Below, piece by piece: positions 8,497 to 17,700 of a stretch of DNA of 64,000 bases (within the stretch, counting starts at the first letter, position 1; every line of letters begins with the position of its first letter). Under the pieces are notes generated by a model. The model ran no database searches and was not told the origin of the DNA. It was given only the letters and a program-made list of their open reading frames with translations. Origin of the DNA: Bacteroidales bacterium (GTDB taxonomy: Bacteria > Bacteroidota > Bacteroidia > Bacteroidales > GCA-2748055); contig JAOZQY010000003.1 of assembly GCA_029931975.1 (NCBI GenBank), positions 67,420 through 131,419 on the forward strand, read 5' to 3'. The position numbers were made by a program, and so were the translations under genes.

Positions 8497-10383
8497 ATGA
8501 AATTTTTTTTTGGTCTTATTGTACTTACCATAATGGTGGCCTGTACTCAGCAAACTGTTGAGCCAACCCGCTACACCATCGATCAGTTTTTTGACAACCT
8601 CTCCATCTTTGGAGGAAGCTTTTCTGCCGATGAAACGAGGCTGCTTGTGACCAGCAACGAGACTGGCATATACAATGTCTATGCCCTGAATACAGATGGT
8701 TCAGGAAAGCAACAACTCACCTTTTCGGAAGAGGAGTCTTTTTTTGGCAACTCCTATTTTCCTGAGGATGACCGTTTTCTCTTCTCCGCCGACCAGGGTG
8801 GTGATGAAAACAGTCACCTGTACATGCAGGGGCCGGACGGTACCGTCACAGACCTGACCCCGTGGGAAGGGTCTACCTCCCAATTCGGGGGATGGAGCCG
8901 CGATTTCAAGTATCTCTACCTGGTTTCCAACAAAAGGGATCCCCGCTTTTTTGATATGTACCAGATGGATCTGGAGAAGTTCGAACCCCTAATGATTTAC
9001 GAAAATAAGGAGAACCTGAGCCCTGCCGGGATCTCCAATAGCGGGAGATACATGGCCCTGACCCGGCAGCTCACCACATCCAACAACGAGATGTATCTGA
9101 TGGACCTCACGACCGGCGATATCAAACATATTTCGGAACATGAAGGAGATGCCACTTATTCTCCGGCCGACTTCTCACTGGATGATCAATACCTGTATTA
9201 TCTCTCCAATGAAGGCAGTGAATTCACCTATCTCTCTTCCTACCACCTGGAGACCGGGGAGAAAGCACTTGTTTATGAGACCGAATGGGATGTCTCCTAT
9301 GCCTATTTCTCCTACAACGAAAAATACCAGGTAATAGGGATCAATGAGGATGCTAAAAACGTGGTTAAAGTATTTGATGCAGCCACGGGGGAAGCAATCA
9401 CCATGCCCGATTTTGGGAACAGGGATATTTCAGGAGTATCCATCTCCCGTTCAGAAAAATTGATTCGACTGGCTGCCGGCAGCCCGACTTCGCCGGGAGA
9501 TCTCTATATGCACCAATTTGGGACGGAGGACTTTACCCGTTTGACCCACTCCCTTAACCAGGAGATTAATGAAAACGACCTGGTGGCTGGTGAGGTAATC
9601 CGCTATCCCTCCTACGACGGACTGGAGATTCCGTCAATCCTTTACAAACCACTGGAGGCAAGCAAAAAAAACCAGGTCCCTGCCTTACTATGGATTCATG
9701 GCGGTCCAGGGGGACAGAGCCGCCTGGGCTTCAGCAGTCTGATCCAGTACTTTGTAAACCATGGCTATGCCATCCTTGCTGTGAACAACCGGGGTAGCTC
9801 CGGTTACGGAAAGACCTTCTACAACCTGGACAACCAGCGTCATGGAGAAGATGACCTGATGGATTGTGTTAAGGCCAAAGACTTCCTGGCCACACTGGGC
9901 TATATTGACATGGACAAGGTTGGAATCATGGGAGGTTCCTACGGGGGCTATATGACCATGGCTGCCCTTACTTTTCAGCCCGAGGAGTTTGCCCTGGGAG
10001 TCAATCTGTTCGGGGTAACCAACTGGCTCCGCACCCTTAAAGCCATCCCTCCCTACTGGGAAGCCTCCAGGAAAGCCCTTTACGACGAACTGGGCGATCC
10101 CTTTACAGAAGATTCGATTCGACTCTACGAAATAAGTCCCCTGTTTCATGCCCACAATGTCACCAAACCTTTGATGGTACTTCAGGGAGCTAACGATCCG
10201 CGTGTCCTGCAGGTGGAATCGGATGAAATCGTGGCCGCCGTGAAGGAGAACGGGGTTCCGGTTGAGTACGTGATTTTCGACGATGAAGGCCACGGCTTTG
10301 TAAAGAAAGAGAACCAGATCAAAGGCTACGGACAAATACTGGAGTTCCTGGATACATATTTGAAAGGAAAAGCGGAGGAGTAA
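8497..10383 (+). CDS. S9 family peptidase lipoprotein (acylaminoacyl/dipeptidyl peptidase-like)
   Basis: Lipobox MVAC; beta-propeller region; IHGGP, GGSYGG nucleophile, DPRV and DEGHG. Confidence 0.93.
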   Translation: MKFFFGLIVLTIMVACTQQTVEPTRYTIDQFFDNLSIFGGSFSADETRLLVTSNETGIYNVYALNTDGSGKQQLTFSEEESFFGNSYFPEDDRFLFSADQGGDENSHLYMQGPDGTVTDLTPWEGSTSQFGGWSRDFKYLYLVSNKRDPRFFDMYQMDLEKFEPLMIYENKENLSPAGISNSGRYMALTRQLTTSNNEMYLMDLTTGDIKHISEHEGDATYSPADFSLDDQYLYYLSNEGSEFTYLSSYHLETGEKALVYETEWDVSYAYFSYNEKYQVIGINEDAKNVVKVFDAATGEAITMPDFGNRDISGVSISRSEKLIRLAAGSPTSPGDLYMHQFGTEDFTRLTHSLNQEINENDLVAGEVIRYPSYDGLEIPSILYKPLEASKKNQVPALLWIHGGPGGQSRLGFSSLIQYFVNHGYAILAVNNRGSSGYGKTFYNLDNQRHGEDDLMDCVKAKDFLATLGYIDMDKVGIMGGSYGGYMTMAALTFQPEEFALGVNLFGVTNWLRTLKAIPPYWEASRKALYDELGDPFTEDSIRLYEISPLFHAHNVTKPLMVLQGANDPRVLQVESDEIVAAVKENGVPVEYVIFDDEGHGFVKKENQIKGYGQILEFLDTYLKGKAEE

Positions 10384-10389
10384 GATTCT

Positions 10390-10797
10390 ATGAGCAAAAT
10401 ACCTGAAAGCAGAATCGCGGATCTGGTCTGGGAAAAAATACATGGGAAAAGCTACTCGGAAATCCGTGGAGAGTTAGCGAAATCCGGTATGAGTCCCTCA
10501 GAGATCAGGACTTTGATACGGCAGGTGGATGAACGGGTCCTTGGTGAAACAGCAAAGCAGGGAGACCGGGGCCCGACATGGTCCCGGGTCGGATTGATTC
10601 TGGCGGTGATTGGATTGATCCTCTCCATTGCCTACAATGCCGGCATCGTACTGAATAACTTCCCGGCCCTGCTCATCTACTCCCCTTTTCTTGCCGGGAT
10701 CCTGTTTATGTTTTACGGAAGAACAGTGCAGAGAAAGAGAAACACACCAGAAGAGAAAGGGACAGGTGCCATCAGAAAAAAGAGACCATATACATAA
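10390..10797 (+). CDS. Hypothetical membrane protein
   Basis: 135 aa, helical N-terminal domain plus two TM segments, 6 nt after the peptidase stop. Confidence 0.7.
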   Translation: MSKIPESRIADLVWEKIHGKSYSEIRGELAKSGMSPSEIRTLIRQVDERVLGETAKQGDRGPTWSRVGLILAVIGLILSIAYNAGIVLNNFPALLIYSPFLAGILFMFYGRTVQRKRNTPEEKGTGAIRKKRPYT

Positions 10798-10862
10798 GGA
10801 TTGTATTAAACAATCACCTTATAATTTGAGCATTCTTCCTACCTTCGTAAAAAAATCAGAAA

Positions 10863-11510
10863 ATGGAAGAGGAGATCGTAAAAAAACGCTTTCCATTCTT
10901 TGAATCGGGACTCAGATCAGCCATTAGCGAAGCAGGTACATTCAGAGAATTTGCTGCCCGGAAAGAGCTGATCAGGGAAGATCAGTATATCAGGTCCTTT
11001 CCCATTGTACTCTCCGGATTGATAAAGGTGAGCCGAACCGATGAGGCGGGCAATGAATTATTGCTCTATTACCTGAGGCCCGGTGAGGTCTGCACCGTAT
11101 CCCTGATCTGTTGCATGGATCGCACCCGCAGCCGGGTGAAAGCCATTACTGAAGAGGCGACCAGTGCAATTATTGTACCAGTAGAACTACTCGACGACTG
11201 GATGACCAAGTACCAGACCTGGAAGGAATATGTGATGCACTCCATGCAGTTACGATTTGATGAATTACTAAATGCGCTGGACAGCATCGCCTTTTTGAAA
11301 ATGGACCAACGCCTGGAAAAATTCTTCACAGACAGGTTCCGCTCTTCCGGCTCAAAGATTTTTGAAGGATCACATCATGATGTGGCTATGGCTTTGAACA
11401 GCTCCAGGGAGGTCATTTCCAGGCTATTAAAACAGATGGAGAATAAAGGGCTTATCAGCCTCTCCCGGGGACGGATCGATTACTCGCCCTTATGTGACAA
11501 AAGTTACTGA
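10863..11510 (+). CDS. Crp/Fnr family transcriptional regulator
   Basis: cNMP-binding-like domain (GLIKVSR..GNELLLYYL.PGEVC) and HTH SHHDVAMALNSSREVISRLLK. Confidence 0.92.
   Translation: MEEEIVKKRFPFFESGLRSAISEAGTFREFAARKELIREDQYIRSFPIVLSGLIKVSRTDEAGNELLLYYLRPGEVCTVSLICCMDRTRSRVKAITEEATSAIIVPVELLDDWMTKYQTWKEYVMHSMQLRFDELLNALDSIAFLKMDQRLEKFFTDRFRSSGSKIFEGSHHDVAMALNSSREVISRLLKQMENKGLISLSRGRIDYSPLCDKSY
11493..11508 (+). promoter_or_regulatory. Putative Crp/Fnr-type operator
   Basis: TGTGAC-AAAA-GTTACT, a CRP-like imperfect palindrome at the end of the regulator gene, ~55 nt before the next ATG. Confidence 0.55.
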
Positions 11511-11563
11511 AAAGTTCCCGTTGCTATCGTTTCTTTGTGTCCTTTAAAATGTGATAGAAATCA

Positions 11564-12145
11564 ATGGAAACAACAAGCATACACTCATTCAAGGATCTTG
11601 AAACTGGAGTCTCAACCAGGGAAAGAAGCTTCCTGCTACTTTATAAGAGTGGAGCCGATCAGAGCGATTGTGCGCTGGAAAGGCTTCAGAATATCAACAG
11701 CGTAAAGTCATCAAAGCTTTTTACAGCTGATGTAAGCAAGGTTCGTGATATCCACGAACGTCTTGATATTACTACTGCTCCCAGCCTGGTTGTTTTTGAT
11801 AAGGGTGAAATGGTGAATATCATCAAAGGGTGCCAGACCGAATCGGCCTATAATTCCATTTTGTCGGGACGTGAAATTGGAGGATATACAGGAAAAGAAC
11901 CAGGAAAAAGTAAGCAGGTTATTGTATATACCACTCCAAGCTGCAGCTGGTGTAACACATTGAAAACATACCTGGATCAGCAAGGGGTCAGGTTCAGGGA
12001 AATCAATGTGGCTGCTGACACCTCAGCCGCTGAAGCAATGGTCAGAAAAAGCAGGCAACAGGGAGTTCCCCAGACAGAGATAAACGGACAGATGATTGTG
12101 GGTTTTGATAAAAACCGGATCAATCAGCTGCTTGAGATAAAATAA
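11564..12145 (+). CDS. Thioredoxin-fold / glutaredoxin fusion protein
   Basis: N-terminal Trx-like domain without CxxC. C-terminal Grx/NrdH domain YTTPSCSWC...QQGVPQT...IVGFD. Confidence 0.85.
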   Translation: METTSIHSFKDLETGVSTRERSFLLLYKSGADQSDCALERLQNINSVKSSKLFTADVSKVRDIHERLDITTAPSLVVFDKGEMVNIIKGCQTESAYNSILSGREIGGYTGKEPGKSKQVIVYTTPSCSWCNTLKTYLDQQGVRFREINVAADTSAAEAMVRKSRQQGVPQTEINGQMIVGFDKNRINQLLEIK

Positions 12146-12182
12146 GTTCGACGCTTATAATAAACCTAAAAATTAAAATAAT

Positions 12183-12464
12183 ATGAAAGAGTTACAGCCA
12201 ATCAATCAACATGTTCTTCTTGAGATTGCAGCCAAAGAAGAAAAAACAGCTTCGGGAATCATCATTCCTGACACCGTAAACGAAAAACCTCAATTTGCAA
12301 AGGTGCTGGCAATCAGCGGGATCGAAGATCCTGAGATTTCAGTGGGCGATGTGGTTTTTTATAAGAACTTTTCAGGAACAGAACTGGAGTTCGATGGTAA
12401 AGAGTATTTGATGATGCCTTACGCAGATATCCTGGGAAGACTTGTTGAAACAGACAAGATTTAG
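12183..12464 (+). CDS. groES: Co-chaperonin GroES family protein
   Basis: LQPINQHVLL, EEKTASGIIIPDT mobile loop and GTELEFDGKEYL. No groEL follows. Confidence 0.88.
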   Translation: MKELQPINQHVLLEIAAKEEKTASGIIIPDTVNEKPQFAKVLAISGIEDPEISVGDVVFYKNFSGTELEFDGKEYLMMPYADILGRLVETDKI

Positions 12465-12522
12465 TATCGTGCCTGACCGGCTGTAGGCAATTTTATCATT
12501 ATCATTATCTTTAGGTTCTGCC

Positions 12523-12559
12523 GAAGGACTGCTACTCGACATGGCAGTCCTTCTTTTTT
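12523..12559 (+). terminator. Intrinsic terminator after groES
   Basis: GAAGGACTGC...GCAGTCCTTC stem followed by a T run. Confidence 0.8.
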
Positions 12560-12613
12560 ATACCCCACTTTAGTCTTATCTTTCACCATTCATTCACCCT
12601 AAAAAAAGAGATT

Positions 12614-14719
12614 GTGAAAAAACTAGTAGTAGCGATGCTTGTGGGAACGGCCTTCTTGTCCGCCTGCAACATAGAAAAAACAGAAAATATGAATCCATTC
12701 CTTACAGAATACAACACACCTTTCGGGGTTCCCCCTTTTGATCTTATTGAGAACGAACATTTCATACCTGCCTTTGAGGAAGGAATGAAGCTGCAGCAGG
12801 CTGAGATCGATGCCATTGTAAATAACAACGACCCAGCCACATTTGAAAACACCATTGAGGCACTGGATATAAGCGGCGAAGTGCTTCACAAGGTAAACGG
12901 CGTATTTTTCAGGCTCCGCTCGGCAGAGACCAACGATGAACTTGACTCCATTGCCAGGGTAATAATGCCAAAGCTTACTGCACACAACAGTAGTATCAGC
13001 CTAAATCAGGAACTGTTTAAGCGGGTCAATGAGCTCTATGCCAATAAGGAATCCATGGGTCTGAATGAAGAACAGGCCATGGTCCTGAAGAAAACCTTCC
13101 GTGGTTTTGTAAGGGGAGGCGCCAACCTGAAGGGAGAGGCCAAAGAGAGGATCAAAGAGATCGACAAGAAGCTATCCATGCTAACCATGCAATTTGGAGA
13201 TAACCTCCTGAAAGAAACCAATAACTATCAACTGGTAATCGAGAATGAAACCGACCTGGCAGGATTGCCCGAATCGGTTCGCTCAGCAGCCTCTGATGCC
13301 GCCAGGGCAGCTGGTAAGGAGGGGCTCTGGGTATTCACCCTTCAGAAGCCCAGCTGGATCCCTTTCCTCCAATATGCCGAAAACAGAGAGCTGAGGGAAG
13401 ATATTTACAGCGCCATGTTTATGCGCAGTAACAATGGGAACGAGTATGACAATAATAAGCTCATTACAGAGATCCTGGAACTTAGAATCGAACGAGCCAA
13501 CTTGCTGGGTTATGAAACCCATGCAGCCTATGTGCTTGAAGAAAGGATGGCTAAAGAAGCAGAAAATGTATATGATCTTTTGATGCAGGTATGGGACCCA
13601 GCTCTGGAGAAAGCAAAAGAAGAGGCTGCCATGATGCAGAAAATGATCGACCGGGATGGTGGCAATTTTCAGCTGGCTTCGTGGGACTGGTGGTATTACG
13701 CCGAGAAAATCAGAAAAGAAAAATATGCCCTGGATGAAGAGGAAGTTAGAAGCTATTTCAGTCTTGAGGCCGTTAAAACCGGCCTCTTCGATGTGGTTAA
13801 CAAGCTCTACGGCCTCACCTTTGAGCCACGCAAGGACCTGCCTGTTTACAATGAGGAGGTGATGCCCTATGAAGTGAAAGAGAGTGACGGATCGCACCTG
13901 GGTATTATTTATATGGACTTCCATCCCAGACCCGGAAAAAGAGGTGGTGCCTGGAGTACAAGCATCAGAAGAGCCCATGTCAAGGAAGGTGAAAAGGTTA
14001 CTCCCGTGCACCTGATTGTAATGAACTTCACCAGGCCCACAGGCGACAAGCCAGCCCTGCTGAGCTTTGATGAAGCACTTACCTTCTTTCATGAATTCGG
14101 ACATGCGCTCCACTCCATGCTTACAAAATGTGAGTACCTGACCGTTTCCGGCACCTCGGTTGCCACTGATTTCGTTGAACTTCCGTCACAGATTATGGAA
14201 AACTGGTGCGCACATCCCGAAGTTCTGAAGACCTATGCCAAACACTACCAAACCGGTGAGGTAATTCCGGATGAGCTTATTGCAAAACTGGAAGCTGCCA
14301 GCAAGTTCAACCAGGGATTTGTAACAGTTGAATATATAGCTGCATCGATTCTTGACATGGATTTCCACACTCTGAAGGATGCAGGCGGGATCAATGCCAA
14401 TGAATTTGAAGAGGCATCCATGAAACGAATCGGGCTGATAGATGAGATCATTCCAAGATATAAATCCAACTACTTCCAGCACATTTTTGCTGGTGGATAT
14501 TCGGCTGGTTACTACAGCTACATGTGGTCGGAGGTATTGGACAAAGACGCCTTTAATGCCTTCGTGGAAACCAGTTTATTCGACCAGGCAACATCCACTT
14601 CTTTCCGGGAGAATATCCTGGAGAAGGGAGGTTCAAAGGAAGAGATGGAGATGTATGTGAATTTTCGCGGTGCTGAGCCCACCATCGATGCACTGCTGAA
14701 AGGCAGAGGCCTGAATTAA
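12614..14719 (+). CDS. dcp: M3 family peptidyl-dipeptidase lipoprotein
   Basis: GTG start; lipobox LSAC; FHEFGHALH zinc motif, DFVELPSQ and FAGGYSAGYYSY. Confidence 0.92.
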   Translation: MKKLVVAMLVGTAFLSACNIEKTENMNPFLTEYNTPFGVPPFDLIENEHFIPAFEEGMKLQQAEIDAIVNNNDPATFENTIEALDISGEVLHKVNGVFFRLRSAETNDELDSIARVIMPKLTAHNSSISLNQELFKRVNELYANKESMGLNEEQAMVLKKTFRGFVRGGANLKGEAKERIKEIDKKLSMLTMQFGDNLLKETNNYQLVIENETDLAGLPESVRSAASDAARAAGKEGLWVFTLQKPSWIPFLQYAENRELREDIYSAMFMRSNNGNEYDNNKLITEILELRIERANLLGYETHAAYVLEERMAKEAENVYDLLMQVWDPALEKAKEEAAMMQKMIDRDGGNFQLASWDWWYYAEKIRKEKYALDEEEVRSYFSLEAVKTGLFDVVNKLYGLTFEPRKDLPVYNEEVMPYEVKESDGSHLGIIYMDFHPRPGKRGGAWSTSIRRAHVKEGEKVTPVHLIVMNFTRPTGDKPALLSFDEALTFFHEFGHALHSMLTKCEYLTVSGTSVATDFVELPSQIMENWCAHPEVLKTYAKHYQTGEVIPDELIAKLEAASKFNQGFVTVEYIAASILDMDFHTLKDAGGINANEFEEASMKRIGLIDEIIPRYKSNYFQHIFAGGYSAGYYSYMWSEVLDKDAFNAFVETSLFDQATSTSFRENILEKGGSKEEMEMYVNFRGAEPTIDALLKGRGLN

Positions 14720-14756
14720 CACACTGGATCTGAGAAACAAAGAAAGAAGAAAGTTT

Positions 14757-14791
14757 GGGGAGTAGGGTATCAACCGGTATCTATACTCCCC
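14757..14791. terminator. Hairpin between convergent dcp and sugar transferase genes
   Basis: GGGGAGTA...TACTCCCC inverted repeat at the convergent junction. Confidence 0.5.
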
Positions 14792-16199
14792 TTCCTTTTA
14801 CTATGGTGATAACCGTATAGAAGAGAATCTTCAAATCTACGAACAAAGACATATTCTCAATATAGAGGATATCATACCTGAGTCTCTTAATCATCTCCTC
14901 CACATTTTCAGCATAACCGTATTTAACCTGGCCCCAGGAAGTGATTCCGGGCTTTACCTTGTGCAGGTGAATATAATGAGGTGCCTCAACTGTTATCTTA
15001 TTAATAAAATATGCCCTTTCGGGCCGTGGGCCCACCAGTGCCATATCACCTTTAAGTACATTGATAAAATTGGGAATTTCGTCAAGCCTGTGTTTGCGCA
15101 TTAGCTGCCCGAAACGGGTAACCCTGGGATCATGCTTTGAAGAAAGCTCAGGCCCATTTTCTTCTGCATTGTGGTACATGGAGCGAAATTTGAAGATCTT
15201 AAATTCCTTGCCAAACCTTCCTACCCTATCCTGCTTATAAAGAATGGGGCCCCGTGAAGAGAGCTTTACTCCAGTGATCAGGAACAGATTCAAAGGCGTT
15301 AAAACGATCAATGCCAGGATGGCAATCAGTTTATCCATCATCTGCTTCACATTTACCTGCCAGGCAGGCATCAGATCATGACTCACCTCCAGCAAGGGGG
15401 TTCCAAAGATGGTTGTACTTTTTACTTTCCCGGTCAGGATATCCGTCATACTCGGAATGGCACTGATCCTGATATCGAGCAGGGAGAGCCGGCTAACAAT
15501 ATCCCCTATCTTATCATGTTCGAAAGGCTCCAGGGCAATAATTACTTCTTCCACCTGATGCTTCCTCAAGATGGCCTCCATGTTTTCATGCCCCCCAAGA
15601 TGGGCTATCTGGTCCTGCAGCTGGTAGTGCTCCTTCTTGTTCACATTAATAAAACCAAGAATCTCATATCCACTTGACTTTTTTTGATCAAGAATATCCA
15701 GGTAGACATCCACAGCATTCTCATTGCTGCCAATCATAACCGTTCTAAAACCGATTTCACGTTTATGAACCTTGGCAACCATTCGGCTGGTAATGATCAT
15801 TCTGGGAATCAGAGTGAAGGTGAAATGCAGAAGGAACAATGTGAAAAACAGACTGTAATAATTGGTATAATTTAATATGGTATCATCCAGAATGAGCAAA
15901 AAGAAAATAATAACTACTCCCAGCAGTGAACTGAGCAGAGTACGTGTGAAATCGTCCAGCCGGGAGCGGTGGAACATATTCTTATAAAAACCTGTAAAGT
16001 AATAAAGTAGGATCCAGGCAAATGGAAGCCCTATCACACCTCCCCAGAATCTGGAACCAAAAGTAATGGGGACTTCAGTTCCAAAAACCTGAGGTTCTAT
16101 CTGAATCTTTCGAAATAGATAAAAAAGAACCCAGGCCGCCAGAGCAGCCAGGAAGTCAAATAGGATGTACAGTAATCTCTGCTTCTTATTATTTTTCAT
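14781..16199 (-). CDS. Undecaprenyl-phosphate sugar phosphotransferase (WcaJ/WbaP-like)
   Basis: N-terminal TMs and CoA-binding-like domain; C-terminal KFRSM, DPRVT, RLDEIP, GDMALVGPRP and KPGITSWGQV. Confidence 0.93.
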   Translation of the reverse strand: MKNNKKQRLLYILFDFLAALAAWVLFYLFRKIQIEPQVFGTEVPITFGSRFWGGVIGLPFAWILLYYFTGFYKNMFHRSRLDDFTRTLLSSLLGVVIIFFLLILDDTILNYTNYYSLFFTLFLLHFTFTLIPRMIITSRMVAKVHKREIGFRTVMIGSNENAVDVYLDILDQKKSSGYEILGFINVNKKEHYQLQDQIAHLGGHENMEAILRKHQVEEVIIALEPFEHDKIGDIVSRLSLLDIRISAIPSMTDILTGKVKSTTIFGTPLLEVSHDLMPAWQVNVKQMMDKLIAILALIVLTPLNLFLITGVKLSSRGPILYKQDRVGRFGKEFKIFKFRSMYHNAEENGPELSSKHDPRVTRFGQLMRKHRLDEIPNFINVLKGDMALVGPRPERAYFINKITVEAPHYIHLHKVKPGITSWGQVKYGYAENVEEMIKRLRYDILYIENMSLFVDLKILFYTVITIVKGRGV

Positions 16200-16311
16200 T
16201 CAAACGATCGACCTCTATTACTAATAACTAAATAGTACCCCGGATAATTGCATTAACTGTCAAAAAAACTCTAATTATGTTAAAGAATATCCCCTATATT
16301 TGTCCATCAAC

Positions 16312-16962
16312 ATGGAACAAGAAGATAGCTTTAGACATAAGGGATTGAGGAAGAAACTGATAGACTCCGTCAGACTGAAGGGGGTCAGCAATGAAGATGT
16401 ACTGGAAGCCATGGGACGAGTTCCAAGGCATCTTTTTATGGACAGCAGTTTCATAAACTTCTCCTATAACGACAAGGCCTTCCCCATCGCATCGGGACAA
16501 ACCATCTCTCAGCCCTACACCGTTGCATTTCAAACCGAACTGCTGGAGGTGAAAAAGCACCATAAGGTCCTGGAAATCGGAACTGGCTCGGGATATCAGA
16601 CAGCTGTATTACTGGAACTTGGCGCACGGGTTTATACAATTGAAAGGCAGCGCCAGCTCTTTCTTGATGCCCAGAAAAACCTGGGGCCACTGAACTATAA
16701 GCCCATCTTTTTTTATGGTGATGGTTACGAAGGATTACCGTCTTATCAGCCCTTTGACAGAATCCTTGTCACCGCTGCGGCTCCTGAGATTCCTCAGCTA
16801 CTATTAAACCAGCTGGCCATTGGAGGAGTCCTGGTGATACCTGAAGGAGGACGGGAGGGTCAGAAAATGATCCGGGTAGTCAAGGAAAGTACGGACAATT
16901 TCCAGCGCAGTGAGCACGGACATTTCTCCTTTGTTCCCCTGTTAAAAGGTAAAAATAATTAG
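16312..16962 (+). CDS. pcm: Protein-L-isoaspartate O-methyltransferase
   Basis: GQTISQP, VLEIGTGSGY and PFDRILVTA. The ATG at 16312 lies downstream of a TATATTTG promoter box at 16295-16302. Confidence 0.95.
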   Translation: MEQEDSFRHKGLRKKLIDSVRLKGVSNEDVLEAMGRVPRHLFMDSSFINFSYNDKAFPIASGQTISQPYTVAFQTELLEVKKHHKVLEIGTGSGYQTAVLLELGARVYTIERQRQLFLDAQKNLGPLNYKPIFFYGDGYEGLPSYQPFDRILVTAAAPEIPQLLLNQLAIGGVLVIPEGGREGQKMIRVVKESTDNFQRSEHGHFSFVPLLKGKNN

Positions 16963-16963
16963 T

Positions 16964-17608
16964 ATGCTATCCCTAGAATCACTTGTATTCAATTCCTTTC
17001 AGGTTAACACCTATTTGGTCAGAGACGAGAAAGGAAACTGTCTGGTCATCGATCCGGCTTTCTATTCACCAGATGAGATTAAGGCTTTTGACCATTACAT
17101 TTCCAGGAATAAATTAAGCATCACTGGCCAGGTAAACACCCATTGCCACGTGGATCATGTCCTTGGTGTCAGGTACATGCAGGATAAATACAAATGTCCG
17201 CTGCGTGCACACCCCAATGAATCGGAGTTACTTGGAAATGCTCCACTGATGGGCGATATTTACGGACTTATTGTTGAACCCATTTTCGGAATTGATGAAC
17301 CACTAAATGATCATGATACCATCCTGGTTGGAGAAGAGTCTCTCAAAGTCATCCTTGTTCCCGGACATTCACCCGGCAGCCTCTCCTTCTACTCACCTGA
17401 AGGAGGTTTTGTAGTAACGGGTGATGCCCTTTTCCAGGGAAGTATCGGACGCACCGACCTGCCCGGTGGAGATTACGATACCCTGATCAGTTCCATCCAG
17501 AATAGATTGTTGACCCTTCCCCCGGAAACCATTGTTTATCCCGGACATGGAGATCCAACAAGTGTTGGAGAGGAGGCTTCAGGAAACCCCTTCCTTACTA
17601 TGGCTTAA
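16964..17608 (+). CDS. MBL-fold metallo-hydrolase (glyoxalase II-like)
   Basis: THCHVDH, PGHSPGS, GDALF, GRTDLPGG and YPGHG. Confidence 0.92.
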   Translation: MLSLESLVFNSFQVNTYLVRDEKGNCLVIDPAFYSPDEIKAFDHYISRNKLSITGQVNTHCHVDHVLGVRYMQDKYKCPLRAHPNESELLGNAPLMGDIYGLIVEPIFGIDEPLNDHDTILVGEESLKVILVPGHSPGSLSFYSPEGGFVVTGDALFQGSIGRTDLPGGDYDTLISSIQNRLLTLPPETIVYPGHGDPTSVGEEASGNPFLTMA

Positions 17609-17700
17609 GAACATGATTTCCTTCAACATTTTTAAGCGAAGGTTTCTTTATATTTGCGCTTCTATACTCATACCCTATTGTATAAAGTTTTACTCATTTT

